Source: Candidatus Anderseniibacteriota bacterium
GTDB lineage: Bacteria > Patescibacteriota > Andersenbacteria > UBA10190
Length of the DNA stretch: 61,058 nucleotides
Assembly: GCA_052034485.1 (NCBI GenBank)
Contig: JBPOIM010000020.1
Span: 1-61,058 of the forward strand
Direction of reading: 5' to 3'
Numbering within the stretch: the stretch's first letter is position 1; every line of letters begins with the position of its first letter. The notes under the pieces are model-generated. The model ran no database searches. It worked only from the letters and a program-made list of their open reading frames with translations, and was not told where the DNA came from. The position numbers and the translations under genes were made by a program. This document shows positions 1 to 8,946 of the stretch, in pieces.

Positions 1-1179
1 ATATATATCATCAGCTATACATTTCTTGCCTGGGCAGCACTCATTGTTTTAAGTAGAGCAAAGAAACAGGCTCTTTGGGTATCTACTCAAGCCGCACTTT
101 GGATGGTTGCCCTCGGAAGCTTTCAGCTTATTCCTTCTGTGCTATGGCTTCAGGAATTCCCCGATCAAGCATTTGTTGGATCAACGTTTACTTATAATGC
201 GCTGCCGGAAATTTTATTTGGCAGGCATGCCCAAGGTGAGTTTATCCTTCGAGACCAATTAAGTCAGTGGCATGAGTATGGAGCATATATCGGGTACGGA
301 ACGCTTATATTAGCTATTATTGGAGCATCATTTTTAAAGTCTCATAAAGTTGTTCGAGTTCTTGTAACAGGAGTTCTTCTAACCTTGCTTGTATCTTCTA
401 TAGGGCCTTTATTACAACCAATCCTTCAAATAATCCCCTTCATTCCTCGTTCAAATATTTCACGTCTTACTATTTTTTCAGTGCTTTGTTTTGGGCTACT
501 GGCAGGCTTTGGCCTAAAGAGGCTTATGCAGATTCTCCCAAAGCAGTACAAGATTATACCCATTGTAATAGCAGGGTGTGTCGCAATAGATATGCTAAGC
601 CTTGCCTACCCTATTGCGCAGCAAGCATTTGTCGTACCTCCTCTCCGGCAAAAAATTCCGCATGCGGCATATCCTATTGCACACACAACAGAAACATATC
701 CATTTAATAATAAAAAGATAGAAGTGCCACGTTCATATGAACTTTTACTTCAAGGGTATGGAACCTCTTCTTTCTGCTCTGTGCTAGGGCCAAACGAATC
801 GGTGTATGCAGCAACCCCAGGAGATACATTCGCGCCTTTCTTGGAATCAGAAAATCCAGCTGAGCTACATCTTACATATTGGTCGCCTAACTATATATCA
901 TTCAAATACAAGACCGACCAAAGCACTGCCGTTCGCCTACAAACAAACTACGCGAAAGGCTGGAGATCAAGCGGGGCTCCGATAATTCCCACAAAAAGTA
1001 CCCTGATGGTTCAAATACCTTCAGGAAGCGGGAGCGTGACACTTACCTATCGTCCACGAGGAATGATTACAGGAATTATAATCACAATACTCTCGCTATG
1101 TGCTGCAATAGTTCTACTTCTGCAAAAGCGACCGGTATACAGCAACCATACTATCGGCAGCAGCATCCCAGGAAAATAG
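1..1179 (+). CDS. YfhO-like polytopic membrane protein, putative GT-C glycosyltransferase (C-terminal part; 5' end outside window)
   Basis: Frame 1 is open from nt 1 to the stop at 1177-1179 (ORF track starts at ATG 103). Collinear by eye with the C-terminal half of ORF 42893..44725: IPFIPRSNISRLTIFSVLCFGLLAGFG vs LSFIPRSNISRVILLAVIPISLLAGFG, NYAKGW vs NYAIGW, YRPRGM vs YIPRGM, and a final TM helix. Confidence 0.7.
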   Translation: MYIISYTFLAWAALIVLSRAKKQALWVSTQAALWMVALGSFQLIPSVLWLQEFPDQAFVGSTFTYNALPEILFGRHAQGEFILRDQLSQWHEYGAYIGYGTLILAIIGASFLKSHKVVRVLVTGVLLTLLVSSIGPLLQPILQIIPFIPRSNISRLTIFSVLCFGLLAGFGLKRLMQILPKQYKIIPIVIAGCVAIDMLSLAYPIAQQAFVVPPLRQKIPHAAYPIAHTTETYPFNNKKIEVPRSYELLLQGYGTSSFCSVLGPNESVYAATPGDTFAPFLESENPAELHLTYWSPNYISFKYKTDQSTAVRLQTNYAKGWRSSGAPIIPTKSTLMVQIPSGSGSVTLTYRPRGMITGIIITILSLCAAIVLLLQKRPVYSNHTIGSSIPGK

Positions 1180-2241
1180 CGTTGCTCTTTGTTTACCCTG
1201 TTCAATCATGGTTTGACGAAGATCTGTATCACCCATAAGGCTCTCTATACTATTTGCGAAACCTTCTATGTCGGAAGGATTATGGAGCATTGCCGCCCCC
1301 CCTACTACTTCAGGAATAGATGTTGCATTTGAACACACAACTGGGCATCCGGCAGCCATTGCTTCCAGCGGCGTCATTCCGAATCCTTCATAATGAGAGG
1401 GGAACAATAATGCGTCCGCAATATTATACAATTCATTTATTTGCTCTACCGAAATTCTGCCTACAAGATGAACATGCTTTGCAAGCTCAAGCTTATCAAT
1501 AGTCTCAAGTGTTTGTTTTCTTCCTATGTGAAGCCCCGCGTCTCCGACTTTTACTAAAAGAATATCTGGAAATTTTTCCTTTAAGCGATGCACAACTTTT
1601 AGTACAGTTGTAAAATTTTTTCTCGGATGCTCAGAGCCAACGTATACAAGAATTGGCTTCCTTCCTAAAACAGGAAGCCTTTGGGCAAGTTGCTTGTAAG
1701 CTATTGTCGAGTGGAACTTGGGAATGACATGATACGAATCACTAACTCCATTTGGAATAACCTCGATATGCTTTTCAGGAATATGAAAGTGACGGGCTGC
1801 TACGCGCTTTGTATACTCAGATACTGCAATAAGCCTTGTCGCTTTCATGATTCCGCTCATGAGATATTTATTTATAAAATATGCCCGGTAATCCTGCGGA
1901 TCTGTAAGCTCAATAATATCGTGAATAGTAACAATGGATGGTTTTCGTTTTTTTGCGATAAAGGAAAGGGTTTGGTTTGTAAGGTCATATACATCAAATT
2001 CAGGAATTTTTGATGCAAGACGAATCCATGAAATACTCTTTGTACCCAATGGCCCAGGAATTGCGGGGATTGTTTGTGTTGTATGCTCACCTATTCGTAA
2101 TGTATTTGTACTACCATTTATCAAGACTGGAGTTGCAGCTATATCCGTATTTTTTGCAATTCTCTTTCCTATTTCATATGCACGAGCACCTACCCCAGAA
2201 TCTGGTAGCGCATTCGTTATAAGGGCAACGTGCTGCTTCAT
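1114..2241 (-). CDS. glycosyltransferase, GT4 family (GT-B fold)
   Basis: 375 aa. C-terminal GT4 signature HYEGFGMTPLEAMAAGCPVVCSNATSIPEVVGGAA. ATG at 2241. The 3' end overlaps convergent ORF 1..1179 by 66 nt. Confidence 0.85.
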   Translation of the reverse strand: MKQHVALITNALPDSGVGARAYEIGKRIAKNTDIAATPVLINGSTNTLRIGEHTTQTIPAIPGPLGTKSISWIRLASKIPEFDVYDLTNQTLSFIAKKRKPSIVTIHDIIELTDPQDYRAYFINKYLMSGIMKATRLIAVSEYTKRVAARHFHIPEKHIEVIPNGVSDSYHVIPKFHSTIAYKQLAQRLPVLGRKPILVYVGSEHPRKNFTTVLKVVHRLKEKFPDILLVKVGDAGLHIGRKQTLETIDKLELAKHVHLVGRISVEQINELYNIADALLFPSHYEGFGMTPLEAMAAGCPVVCSNATSIPEVVGGAAMLHNPSDIEGFANSIESLMGDTDLRQTMIEQGKQRATLFSWDAAADSMVAVYRSLLQK

Positions 2242-2243
2242 AC

Positions 2244-3356
2244 CTATACCGCAATACGCTTATATACATTCCAAGTATCCTCGGCGACTTTCTGCCAAGA
2301 AAACTTTTTTGCTTGCTCAATGCCTTTTGCAATCATGTCTTTACGAAGCGATTCATCAGCAAGTATGTGCCGCATTTGATCCGCAAGGCGCTCGATAAAA
2401 GCCTCGTCACGCATCCTGTCTTGTATACTTCCGAAAGAAAATGGAACAATACGGCCGGCATCACCCACAACCTCAGGAAGAGGGGCCCCGTTACTAACAA
2501 TTACGGGAGTTCCGCATGCCATTGCCTCTTGGGGAGGAAAGCCCCACCCTTCATAAGCAGAAGGCCATACGAATAGATCTGCCTGAGAATATATTTCTGG
2601 GAGCTCCTCGTAAGAAACATCTTCCCGAAACTCTATTCTATTCTCTAGCCCCATTTGCTTAGCGAGCACTTGTGATGAGTCTTGTTTTTTTGCTGGTCGA
2701 CCGACGATAAGAAGTTTGTGCGGAATATCTTTTGCGATTCGCGCAAAAGCATATATAAGAGACGAAACATTCTTTCTCTGATCTTTCGTACCTACAAATA
2801 AAATATAAGGTGTCTCCTGGTGTTTCTTTTCTCGCGGGTAAAAATGCTCAGAATTAATTGCCAATGGGGTAACTGTAATTTTTTCTTCTGAAATACCAAA
2901 GTGATTCATAATATCGACCTTACTTTGGTGAGAGATAGTAATAATATGATCGGCATGTGTAGCTGCATGTTTCAGTGCCCAAGACCAGTACATCCTACGA
3001 GAAATAGATTGAGTTTCCGGAAGAAGGATTGGAATAATGTCGTATATAGTCACAATGGTTGGAGCAATTTTTACAAGCGGAATAGCTGCTTTTGTATAAT
3101 GAACAACAGAAGGATGCTGTGTACGAATATACGATGCAACAGGCCCAGACAACCAATATGGCACGAAAAGTTCAGATGCCATGGGAATCGTTTTTGTTTC
3201 TACCGATGAAAACAGAGGCTTTTCAACTTCTGGATATACTATTTGAAACTTTTCATCTTGATGTGCAATTAGTAAGTTCCGTATTAATTCATACGTATAC
3301 GTTTTTATCCCACCACCTTTTGCAGCAAGCGCACGAGCCTCAATAATAATATTCAT
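2244..3356 (-). CDS. glycosyltransferase, GT4 family
   Basis: 370 aa. AYEGWGFPPQEAMACGTPVIVSNGAPLPEVVGDAG signature. Only 2 nt separate it from the next gene downstream. Confidence 0.85.
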   Translation of the reverse strand: MNIIIEARALAAKGGGIKTYTYELIRNLLIAHQDEKFQIVYPEVEKPLFSSVETKTIPMASELFVPYWLSGPVASYIRTQHPSVVHYTKAAIPLVKIAPTIVTIYDIIPILLPETQSISRRMYWSWALKHAATHADHIITISHQSKVDIMNHFGISEEKITVTPLAINSEHFYPREKKHQETPYILFVGTKDQRKNVSSLIYAFARIAKDIPHKLLIVGRPAKKQDSSQVLAKQMGLENRIEFREDVSYEELPEIYSQADLFVWPSAYEGWGFPPQEAMACGTPVIVSNGAPLPEVVGDAGRIVPFSFGSIQDRMRDEAFIERLADQMRHILADESLRKDMIAKGIEQAKKFSWQKVAEDTWNVYKRIAV

Positions 3357-4504
3357 AGCCCCAATGTGCTACTACGTATAAGAATATCCTCAATACGCTT
3401 TGCGGTATGCTCAATATAATAACGCGCTACGTCCTCTTTATTCCTTCTTCCCATAGTTTGTCGCAGTACGGGGTTCTCAAGAAGCTTTACTATAGCCTCC
3501 TGAAGCCCTTTCTGGTCATGCGGAGCTACAAGAAGTGCATTTTCCCCAGAGACCAAAAAGTCTCGTTGTCCGCCATCGTTTGCCGCAATTATTGGAAGGC
3601 CTGCCTGCATCGCCTCCAGAAATACAATCCCAAACCCTTCATGCTGGGCCGCCGAAACATACATATCAGCAAGAGAAAGAAGTTGATTCTTTTGAATCTC
3701 CCCAACTTGACCCATAAGGTGAACGCGTCCCTGAAGATTATAATCACGAATCTTCTGCTGCAGCCCTTCTTTCATTGGTCCATCCCCAATAATCACAAGA
3801 GTCGCTTCTGGAACCTTCCTCCACGCAGAAAGGAGAACATCATACCCCTTTCTTGGAACAAGTCGACCAATAGAAACAGCAACAATAGCTTGCACTGGAA
3901 TGTCAAAATCCTTTCGAGAAGCACTAGGAATACCTTCACGAACACGTAGCCCGATAGGAACAACGGTAATTGGCTGCCTTACCCCGTGAAGCTCGATTGT
4001 TCGAGTCTTTGTATCGTGCGATATGGCTGTTCTTGCAGAAGCAGCTTTTGCGATCCATCGAATAATAATTCTGAAAAATATATTTCTATGAGGCGATATG
4101 CCTTTTGAGGGGTCGTACACATCTCCGCCGATAAATGTCACCACAAAAGGAATTCGAAACAACTTCGAGAGAAGTGTGGCGGGCAGCCCGGAGGGCACAA
4201 CGAATGGAGCATAGAGTACATGAAACGAGATACTTCTCATCAGAGAAATGCCTGCAAAAAATGCAGCCGGGGCAAACGTAAACAAAGAGCGAAGAGTAGC
4301 CGTAGGAAGAGAAGTTCTCCCCCATACTGGTACACGATGAATATGGATATTTTCTATAACTTCATTTTTGGGTAATCCGTGAAATGCTGTAGTCAAAACA
4401 TGCACCGTATGCCTTTTTGCAAGTTCACGAGCAATATCTGCCGTAGCAACACCTCCTCCTCCACCCAGGGGCGGGTATTCAAAGTTTATAATGAGGATAT
4501 TCAT
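3353..4504 (-). CDS. glycosyltransferase, GT4 family
   Basis: 383 aa. N-terminal NFEYPPLGGGGGVAT glycine loop and C-terminal QHEGFGIVFLEAMQAGLPIIAANDGGQRDFL. 4-nt overlap with the downstream GT4 gene. Confidence 0.85.
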   Translation of the reverse strand: MNILIINFEYPPLGGGGGVATADIARELAKRHTVHVLTTAFHGLPKNEVIENIHIHRVPVWGRTSLPTATLRSLFTFAPAAFFAGISLMRSISFHVLYAPFVVPSGLPATLLSKLFRIPFVVTFIGGDVYDPSKGISPHRNIFFRIIIRWIAKAASARTAISHDTKTRTIELHGVRQPITVVPIGLRVREGIPSASRKDFDIPVQAIVAVSIGRLVPRKGYDVLLSAWRKVPEATLVIIGDGPMKEGLQQKIRDYNLQGRVHLMGQVGEIQKNQLLSLADMYVSAAQHEGFGIVFLEAMQAGLPIIAANDGGQRDFLVSGENALLVAPHDQKGLQEAIVKLLENPVLRQTMGRRNKEDVARYYIEHTAKRIEDILIRSSTLGL

Positions 4505-4507
4505 GGA

Positions 4508-6538
4508 TCATTGAGCGGTAAAGAGTGGATTCTGAATGGTTAATGTATCAGACCCGGTATGAGAAAAAGAAAATGTAGTTACACCCGGTGGTACGGATTG
4601 AGTATACACGACACGATTGCCTTCTTTTTTTTCAGAAAGAATGTTTCCTGCCGCATCTTTCATAATTAATCGTGAACTCTCTGGAGGAAGCGTCACTGCG
4701 AAAGAAACAGTTTTTTGAGAGCTGGTAATATTTACAACATCAACAGAAGCAACAGATGGAATTTCTGCAAAAGTTTCACCCTCTTTATCTCGTCGCACTC
4801 CTTCCCAGCCATCCCTTCTAATAAGAAACAGCCCGTCGGTTTGAGGTTTTTTCCCGTTCCATGTATACAACATCGCGTCCCCAAAAGAACTAGAGCTAAA
4901 GACCCCTGGCGAGCTCAAGAACGAACTAATTGCATCGTTTTGCGATGCATTAAGAGAATCGTTGTGAACAATAATTGCCCCAACGTGCATCCAGGCGAGT
5001 ACATCAGGCAGCGTTTCTGACAAATCTTGCCCAAAAAATTCGCTTCTTCGGTCAGCAAGATCCGTTGTTCGTACGTATAGTAACTGTCGAAGCGCTGGAG
5101 CAGATCGCTCTAAGTCAAAAATATCAGGAGCTTCTCCTCTTTCAAGAGCTATATTGCCTAGCACTTCTTTTTTATGAAAAGCGCTTGCATACAATGCGCG
5201 AGATGCGGCCGTATAGTTTGTTGCAGCTGGGATTTCGATAATGCGCGGCTCCTGAACTGTTTGCAGCCCCTGGTATACGGGCGAAAGGACAGCAGACTGA
5301 GTCGGAAATGGGAAGAACGCGAATTCAACAAGGATCGCACATGCAATAAGCACAGAAATACGAATACTATGCTTATTCGTTGCAAGAACCCAGCCAAATA
5401 ATACCACCACGGAAAAACCAACAATTACCCCCGCTCGAGATACCACGCGAATCGCAGAGAATACTGGCAAATGTGCCAGAAACGCGTATGGAAGCGGTAT
5501 GGACGTTTCATTCCCAAAGAGATGCAAAACCGGACCAAGAGCAATGAGTCCAAAAATAATAATGGAAGATATCCAAAGTCGTTTTTGTTTTACGGGAATA
5601 TGACGATGAAAAAATAAAATACCCAGAATAATAGTTATGCCCAAATACTGAACCGACTCCGGAATATTTCCGGTAAAATACTGTCCAAATAATCCATGAG
5701 AAATATCTCCCCACAAAGGGTGAAATGGCGGTGGCGTAATAAACGCAAAAAGATCTGCAGAAAATCGGATCGTTTGCTGAATACCAAGATCAAGCGCTCC
5801 TGTCTCCCCCGAGGCTAGCTTAAGGGTCGGAATAAATGGAACAACGATACCAAGAAATGCAATTCCTATAAGAAGTATAGTAATTGGTAAATGTTTTTTC
5901 ACCGAAGCAATGACTTCTTTTCTGTAAAAGAAAAAAGCAACGCAACAAAAAATTCCAAGCCATAAAATATAATGATGTTCCATCCAAGCCTGAATAATAA
6001 GCAACACTCCAAGAATTATGGCGTACATTGCCTTACGAGAACGTGCGAGCGCCAGAAATGCTGTACAGATAAAAGGAATCCATGCTATTTGCATTGCCCC
6101 GAAGTGCCCAAGAGAATGCGCAATGTGATATGGCAAGAACATATATGCGATTCCAGAGAGCATCGGTGCGGAGGAAAATAGTTTTTCAGTATTTGTAAGA
6201 GCCTGAATAAACAGCGCCATCGCATACCCAGCAAGAACAAACTGAATAAGCCAAACAATATTATATGCGACTGGTTCACCAAATAGAACATGAAACCCTA
6301 TCCACGGCCATACAGAAAGGTTGGCAAGTCGAGGCTCTCCGGAGCCGGTTACATCCTGAAGAAACGCCTGCATTCCACCATCAGCCTTCACCTGCATTCT
6401 CCACATGGTTTGCCACGGATCACCACCAGTGCCAGCTATCGTAGTATGTAAATGAAAAACAAGAAAAAGGTTAGCAACAATAACTAAAAACGCAAAAACT
6501 CCAATGGCTTTACTATGTTGCAATACAACCTCATTCAT
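4508..6538 (-). CDS. large polytopic membrane protein, GT-C-like (family unassigned)
   Basis: 676 aa. Many hydrophobic helices in the first ~420 aa, GGDPWQTMW right after TM1, and a soluble C-terminal ~230 aa. Start overlaps the stop of the upstream GT-C gene by 8 nt (ATGAATGA). Confidence 0.5.
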   Translation of the reverse strand: MNEVVLQHSKAIGVFAFLVIVANLFLVFHLHTTIAGTGGDPWQTMWRMQVKADGGMQAFLQDVTGSGEPRLANLSVWPWIGFHVLFGEPVAYNIVWLIQFVLAGYAMALFIQALTNTEKLFSSAPMLSGIAYMFLPYHIAHSLGHFGAMQIAWIPFICTAFLALARSRKAMYAIILGVLLIIQAWMEHHYILWLGIFCCVAFFFYRKEVIASVKKHLPITILLIGIAFLGIVVPFIPTLKLASGETGALDLGIQQTIRFSADLFAFITPPPFHPLWGDISHGLFGQYFTGNIPESVQYLGITIILGILFFHRHIPVKQKRLWISSIIIFGLIALGPVLHLFGNETSIPLPYAFLAHLPVFSAIRVVSRAGVIVGFSVVVLFGWVLATNKHSIRISVLIACAILVEFAFFPFPTQSAVLSPVYQGLQTVQEPRIIEIPAATNYTAASRALYASAFHKKEVLGNIALERGEAPDIFDLERSAPALRQLLYVRTTDLADRRSEFFGQDLSETLPDVLAWMHVGAIIVHNDSLNASQNDAISSFLSSPGVFSSSSFGDAMLYTWNGKKPQTDGLFLIRRDGWEGVRRDKEGETFAEIPSVASVDVVNITSSQKTVSFAVTLPPESSRLIMKDAAGNILSEKKEGNRVVYTQSVPPGVTTFSFSHTGSDTLTIQNPLFTAQ

Positions 6539-8063
6539 GGTTTATACTATATACCAAAAACATAGGAACATCCCGTACAGATAAAATGGTTTTTGGCGTT
6601 TCTCCATGAAGTTGTTCTAGCAATAGCCTGGCCGCACTATCAAACCCGGTTCGAGCAGGAAGACTTTCAGGAATAATAAGCTCAGTCACTTCAGGATCAA
6701 GATTTTTTATACTCCCTTCGTTTGGAAGTCCTCGTATATTGCCACGCTTTGTTGCGTCGACATACGGAGCGACTAAGCTGTCCATTGGTATGGAAAAGAC
6801 TGCTTCTGGATCCGAATTATTAATATATTCAGAAATAAGTCGCGAACCATTCCCGACATCTACAAGCAACCTTTTTCCATCGGAAGATGGAAAAAGAATA
6901 TTGTATGAACTAATAACGTGCGGAAAGTATGGCCAAATAAATATTCCCTGTAAGACAATAAGCCCTCCAATCATTATCATCTTATCAACCTTATGCCTCA
7001 TAAGTAAGGTAAGCCAACCGATAATTCCAATGCACGCAAGCATTGCGATTGCGGGCAGATTCTTTCGAGCATGATCGCCGTTAAGATAGATTAGTAGTAA
7101 CCCATGCCAAAGTCCCGCAAGCAAGAGAACATCAAGAGGCGCAAATTGAAATCCATTTTTTCTTATTTCGACAAATCTATGCCAGCAATATAGTAGGCAT
7201 CCCACAAAAGCGAAAGATGAAAGCGTAAATACAAAAAGAGGAGGGTGGTAGCCAGGCCAATAATATATTTCCTGAACCGTTGAATGCAGTTCAGCACGAG
7301 AAAGAACATCAAGGATTCTACGAATTGGATGAAGAATAAAAGGTGGCCAAATGACACACATGAAAACATACGCCGTGCCGAAAAAAACACTCGCCCTTTT
7401 GGCAATTTCTTTATAGGAAGCGCGAGGAATGTAGCTTGCGAGAATAAAAGCAATTGGAGCTGTTATAAGTGCAGGGGATTTTGAAGTAAATGCCAATGCG
7501 AACCAAGCCCCTGCGGCTCCAGTCCAAATAATTGATCGCTTCTCGTATGCCACAACGGCCGAAAGAAGCATTCCAACAACCGAAATCGCCATAAGGACAT
7601 CCACGCTAACAGAGCGAGAGATCCCCCAAATCCACGGCTCAAGCCCAAACAATACAACAAATAACGCTGCCTCAACTTCCCTCTTCTTAAACAGTGCGAC
7701 ATTGGTAATTGTTCCGTATAACAACATCAGAGCAACACTGCATGCAATACCCCAAATATAGCGAGCCCATACTGCTGCCTCCCTCTTATCGTCAAATGAC
7801 CACGCTTCGTATGTGTTCTTCAGTCCATGGCTCCATTGATAGATATTTACAACTGGCCCAACCACAGTCATAAGTGGAATCGCCGGATGATTAGATAGTG
7901 GAAACCGAACAGCGCCGGCAAAATCGCCTGCAAACAAAGAATTCACATATACCTGAGATCGATCAACCCATGGCTGCTCATCCTGAATAAAAAAATTATC
8001 AGGAATAATTAATCGTGGCAGAAAAACTGCGACAATGAATAAAATTTTCCAAATTACTTTCAT
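6531..8063 (-). CDS. GT-C glycosyltransferase, PMT/ArnT-like (GT39/GT83 type)
   Basis: 510 aa, polytopic. TM1 is followed by LPRLIIPDNFFIQDEQPW (acidic DE loop-1 motif). ATGA-type 4-nt overlap with the upstream methyltransferase gene. Confidence 0.7.
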   Translation of the reverse strand: MKVIWKILFIVAVFLPRLIIPDNFFIQDEQPWVDRSQVYVNSLFAGDFAGAVRFPLSNHPAIPLMTVVGPVVNIYQWSHGLKNTYEAWSFDDKREAAVWARYIWGIACSVALMLLYGTITNVALFKKREVEAALFVVLFGLEPWIWGISRSVSVDVLMAISVVGMLLSAVVAYEKRSIIWTGAAGAWFALAFTSKSPALITAPIAFILASYIPRASYKEIAKRASVFFGTAYVFMCVIWPPFILHPIRRILDVLSRAELHSTVQEIYYWPGYHPPLFVFTLSSFAFVGCLLYCWHRFVEIRKNGFQFAPLDVLLLAGLWHGLLLIYLNGDHARKNLPAIAMLACIGIIGWLTLLMRHKVDKMIMIGGLIVLQGIFIWPYFPHVISSYNILFPSSDGKRLLVDVGNGSRLISEYINNSDPEAVFSIPMDSLVAPYVDATKRGNIRGLPNEGSIKNLDPEVTELIIPESLPARTGFDSAARLLLEQLHGETPKTILSVRDVPMFLVYSINHE

Positions 8064-8851
8064 GCAACGTGAGCTACTGCAATAAAGTCGAGAGAATTTT
8101 GAACATTGTCACTTCCAACGGTAAAGTTTTTTGATGTTATATCGGATACTTCTTTTGCGTGCTTGCGAAAACTTGCTTTTTTAATCAAGAAATATGACAC
8201 AAACGCATATACATCAAGAAGAATTGGACGTGGCAGCCACTCTCGGGCTTTCAGGAAATCTAACTTTAAAATTTTATCTCCTATTTTCTGCTTACTGGTT
8301 CGATAGTCAATAACCTTCTTATCACCAAAAACTCCTAAAATTTCTGAATTAGAAAAATGCCGTGAAAATAAACTCCGTATTTCTTCATAGCCCACCTCAT
8401 GAACATGGTAAGGATTAAAACTATGAAACACGTCTGTATTTGGAGTACTAACGATAATTACCCCACCAGGCTTAGTAACGCTCTCCAGCGCCTTAAGGAA
8501 TGCATCGTGATCCTGAACGTGTTCAATGGTCTGAAAACAGCAAACCACATCAAATTTCTCACCATGAAAAATTTCAGGAGCTTGAAACAAATTTCCCTGT
8601 ACATAAGAAACGTTCGCGTTTCCGTATTGCTCCCCCGCCAGAGAAACAGCCTGCGCATTATAATCAAGCCCAACAGCTTTGGTCGCCACCTTCCCAAGCA
8701 CAGAAGTGCCGTACCCCTCACCCGAAGCTACGTCTAAGACGGTTTTTCCTTCTGCGTACCTCGCAGCAAATTCATACGCAACCAAGCTTTGTTGATACGT
8801 AACGTTAAACATCTTTTCCGGTAAAATGCGTTCCCCACTATATGTAGACAT
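8060..8851 (-). CDS. class I SAM-dependent methyltransferase
   Basis: 263 aa. Motif I VLDVASGEGYGTSVLG, then GLDYN, FDVVCCFQTIEHV and KPGGVIIVSTPN. Hydrophobic segment PILLDVYAFVSYFLI near the C-terminus. Confidence 0.85.
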   Translation of the reverse strand: MSTYSGERILPEKMFNVTYQQSLVAYEFAARYAEGKTVLDVASGEGYGTSVLGKVATKAVGLDYNAQAVSLAGEQYGNANVSYVQGNLFQAPEIFHGEKFDVVCCFQTIEHVQDHDAFLKALESVTKPGGVIIVSTPNTDVFHSFNPYHVHEVGYEEIRSLFSRHFSNSEILGVFGDKKVIDYRTSKQKIGDKILKLDFLKAREWLPRPILLDVYAFVSYFLIKKASFRKHAKEVSDITSKNFTVGSDNVQNSLDFIAVAHVA

Positions 8852-8934
8852 ATATCAAGATCAAAAAATAAAACCCCAATAATCTTAACAATAATCCATG
8901 AATTACACGCTTGCCAGCAATTCCATTGGTAGAA

Positions 8935-8940
8935 TAGGAT
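8935..8940 (+). promoter_or_regulatory. -10-like hexamer TAGGAT at -12..-7 of ATG 8947 (TAGAAT also at -17..-12)
   Basis: Read directly: ggTAGAATAGGATacataaATG. Weakest member of the recurrent geometry. Confidence 0.3.
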
Positions 8941-8946
8941 ACATAA

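Noticed and set aside
3407-3949. Long antisense ORFs inside assigned genes (3407..3949, 1934..2398, 40654..41151, 49568..50068, 59309..59770, 23800..24207 and many shorter ones)
   Set aside because: Each lies entirely opposite a gene with strong family motifs. Their translations are low-complexity, Arg/Ser/Cys-rich and motif-free. I treated them as shadow ORFs.
8852-8946. Classical -35/-10 promoter (TTGCCA ... TAGAAT) in the 95-nt divergent spacer
   Set aside because: The spacer between the two boxes is only 13 nt. Only the TAGGAT/TAGAAT -10-like elements near ATG 8947 are kept, at low confidence. No convincing element was found for the minus-strand methyltransferase.
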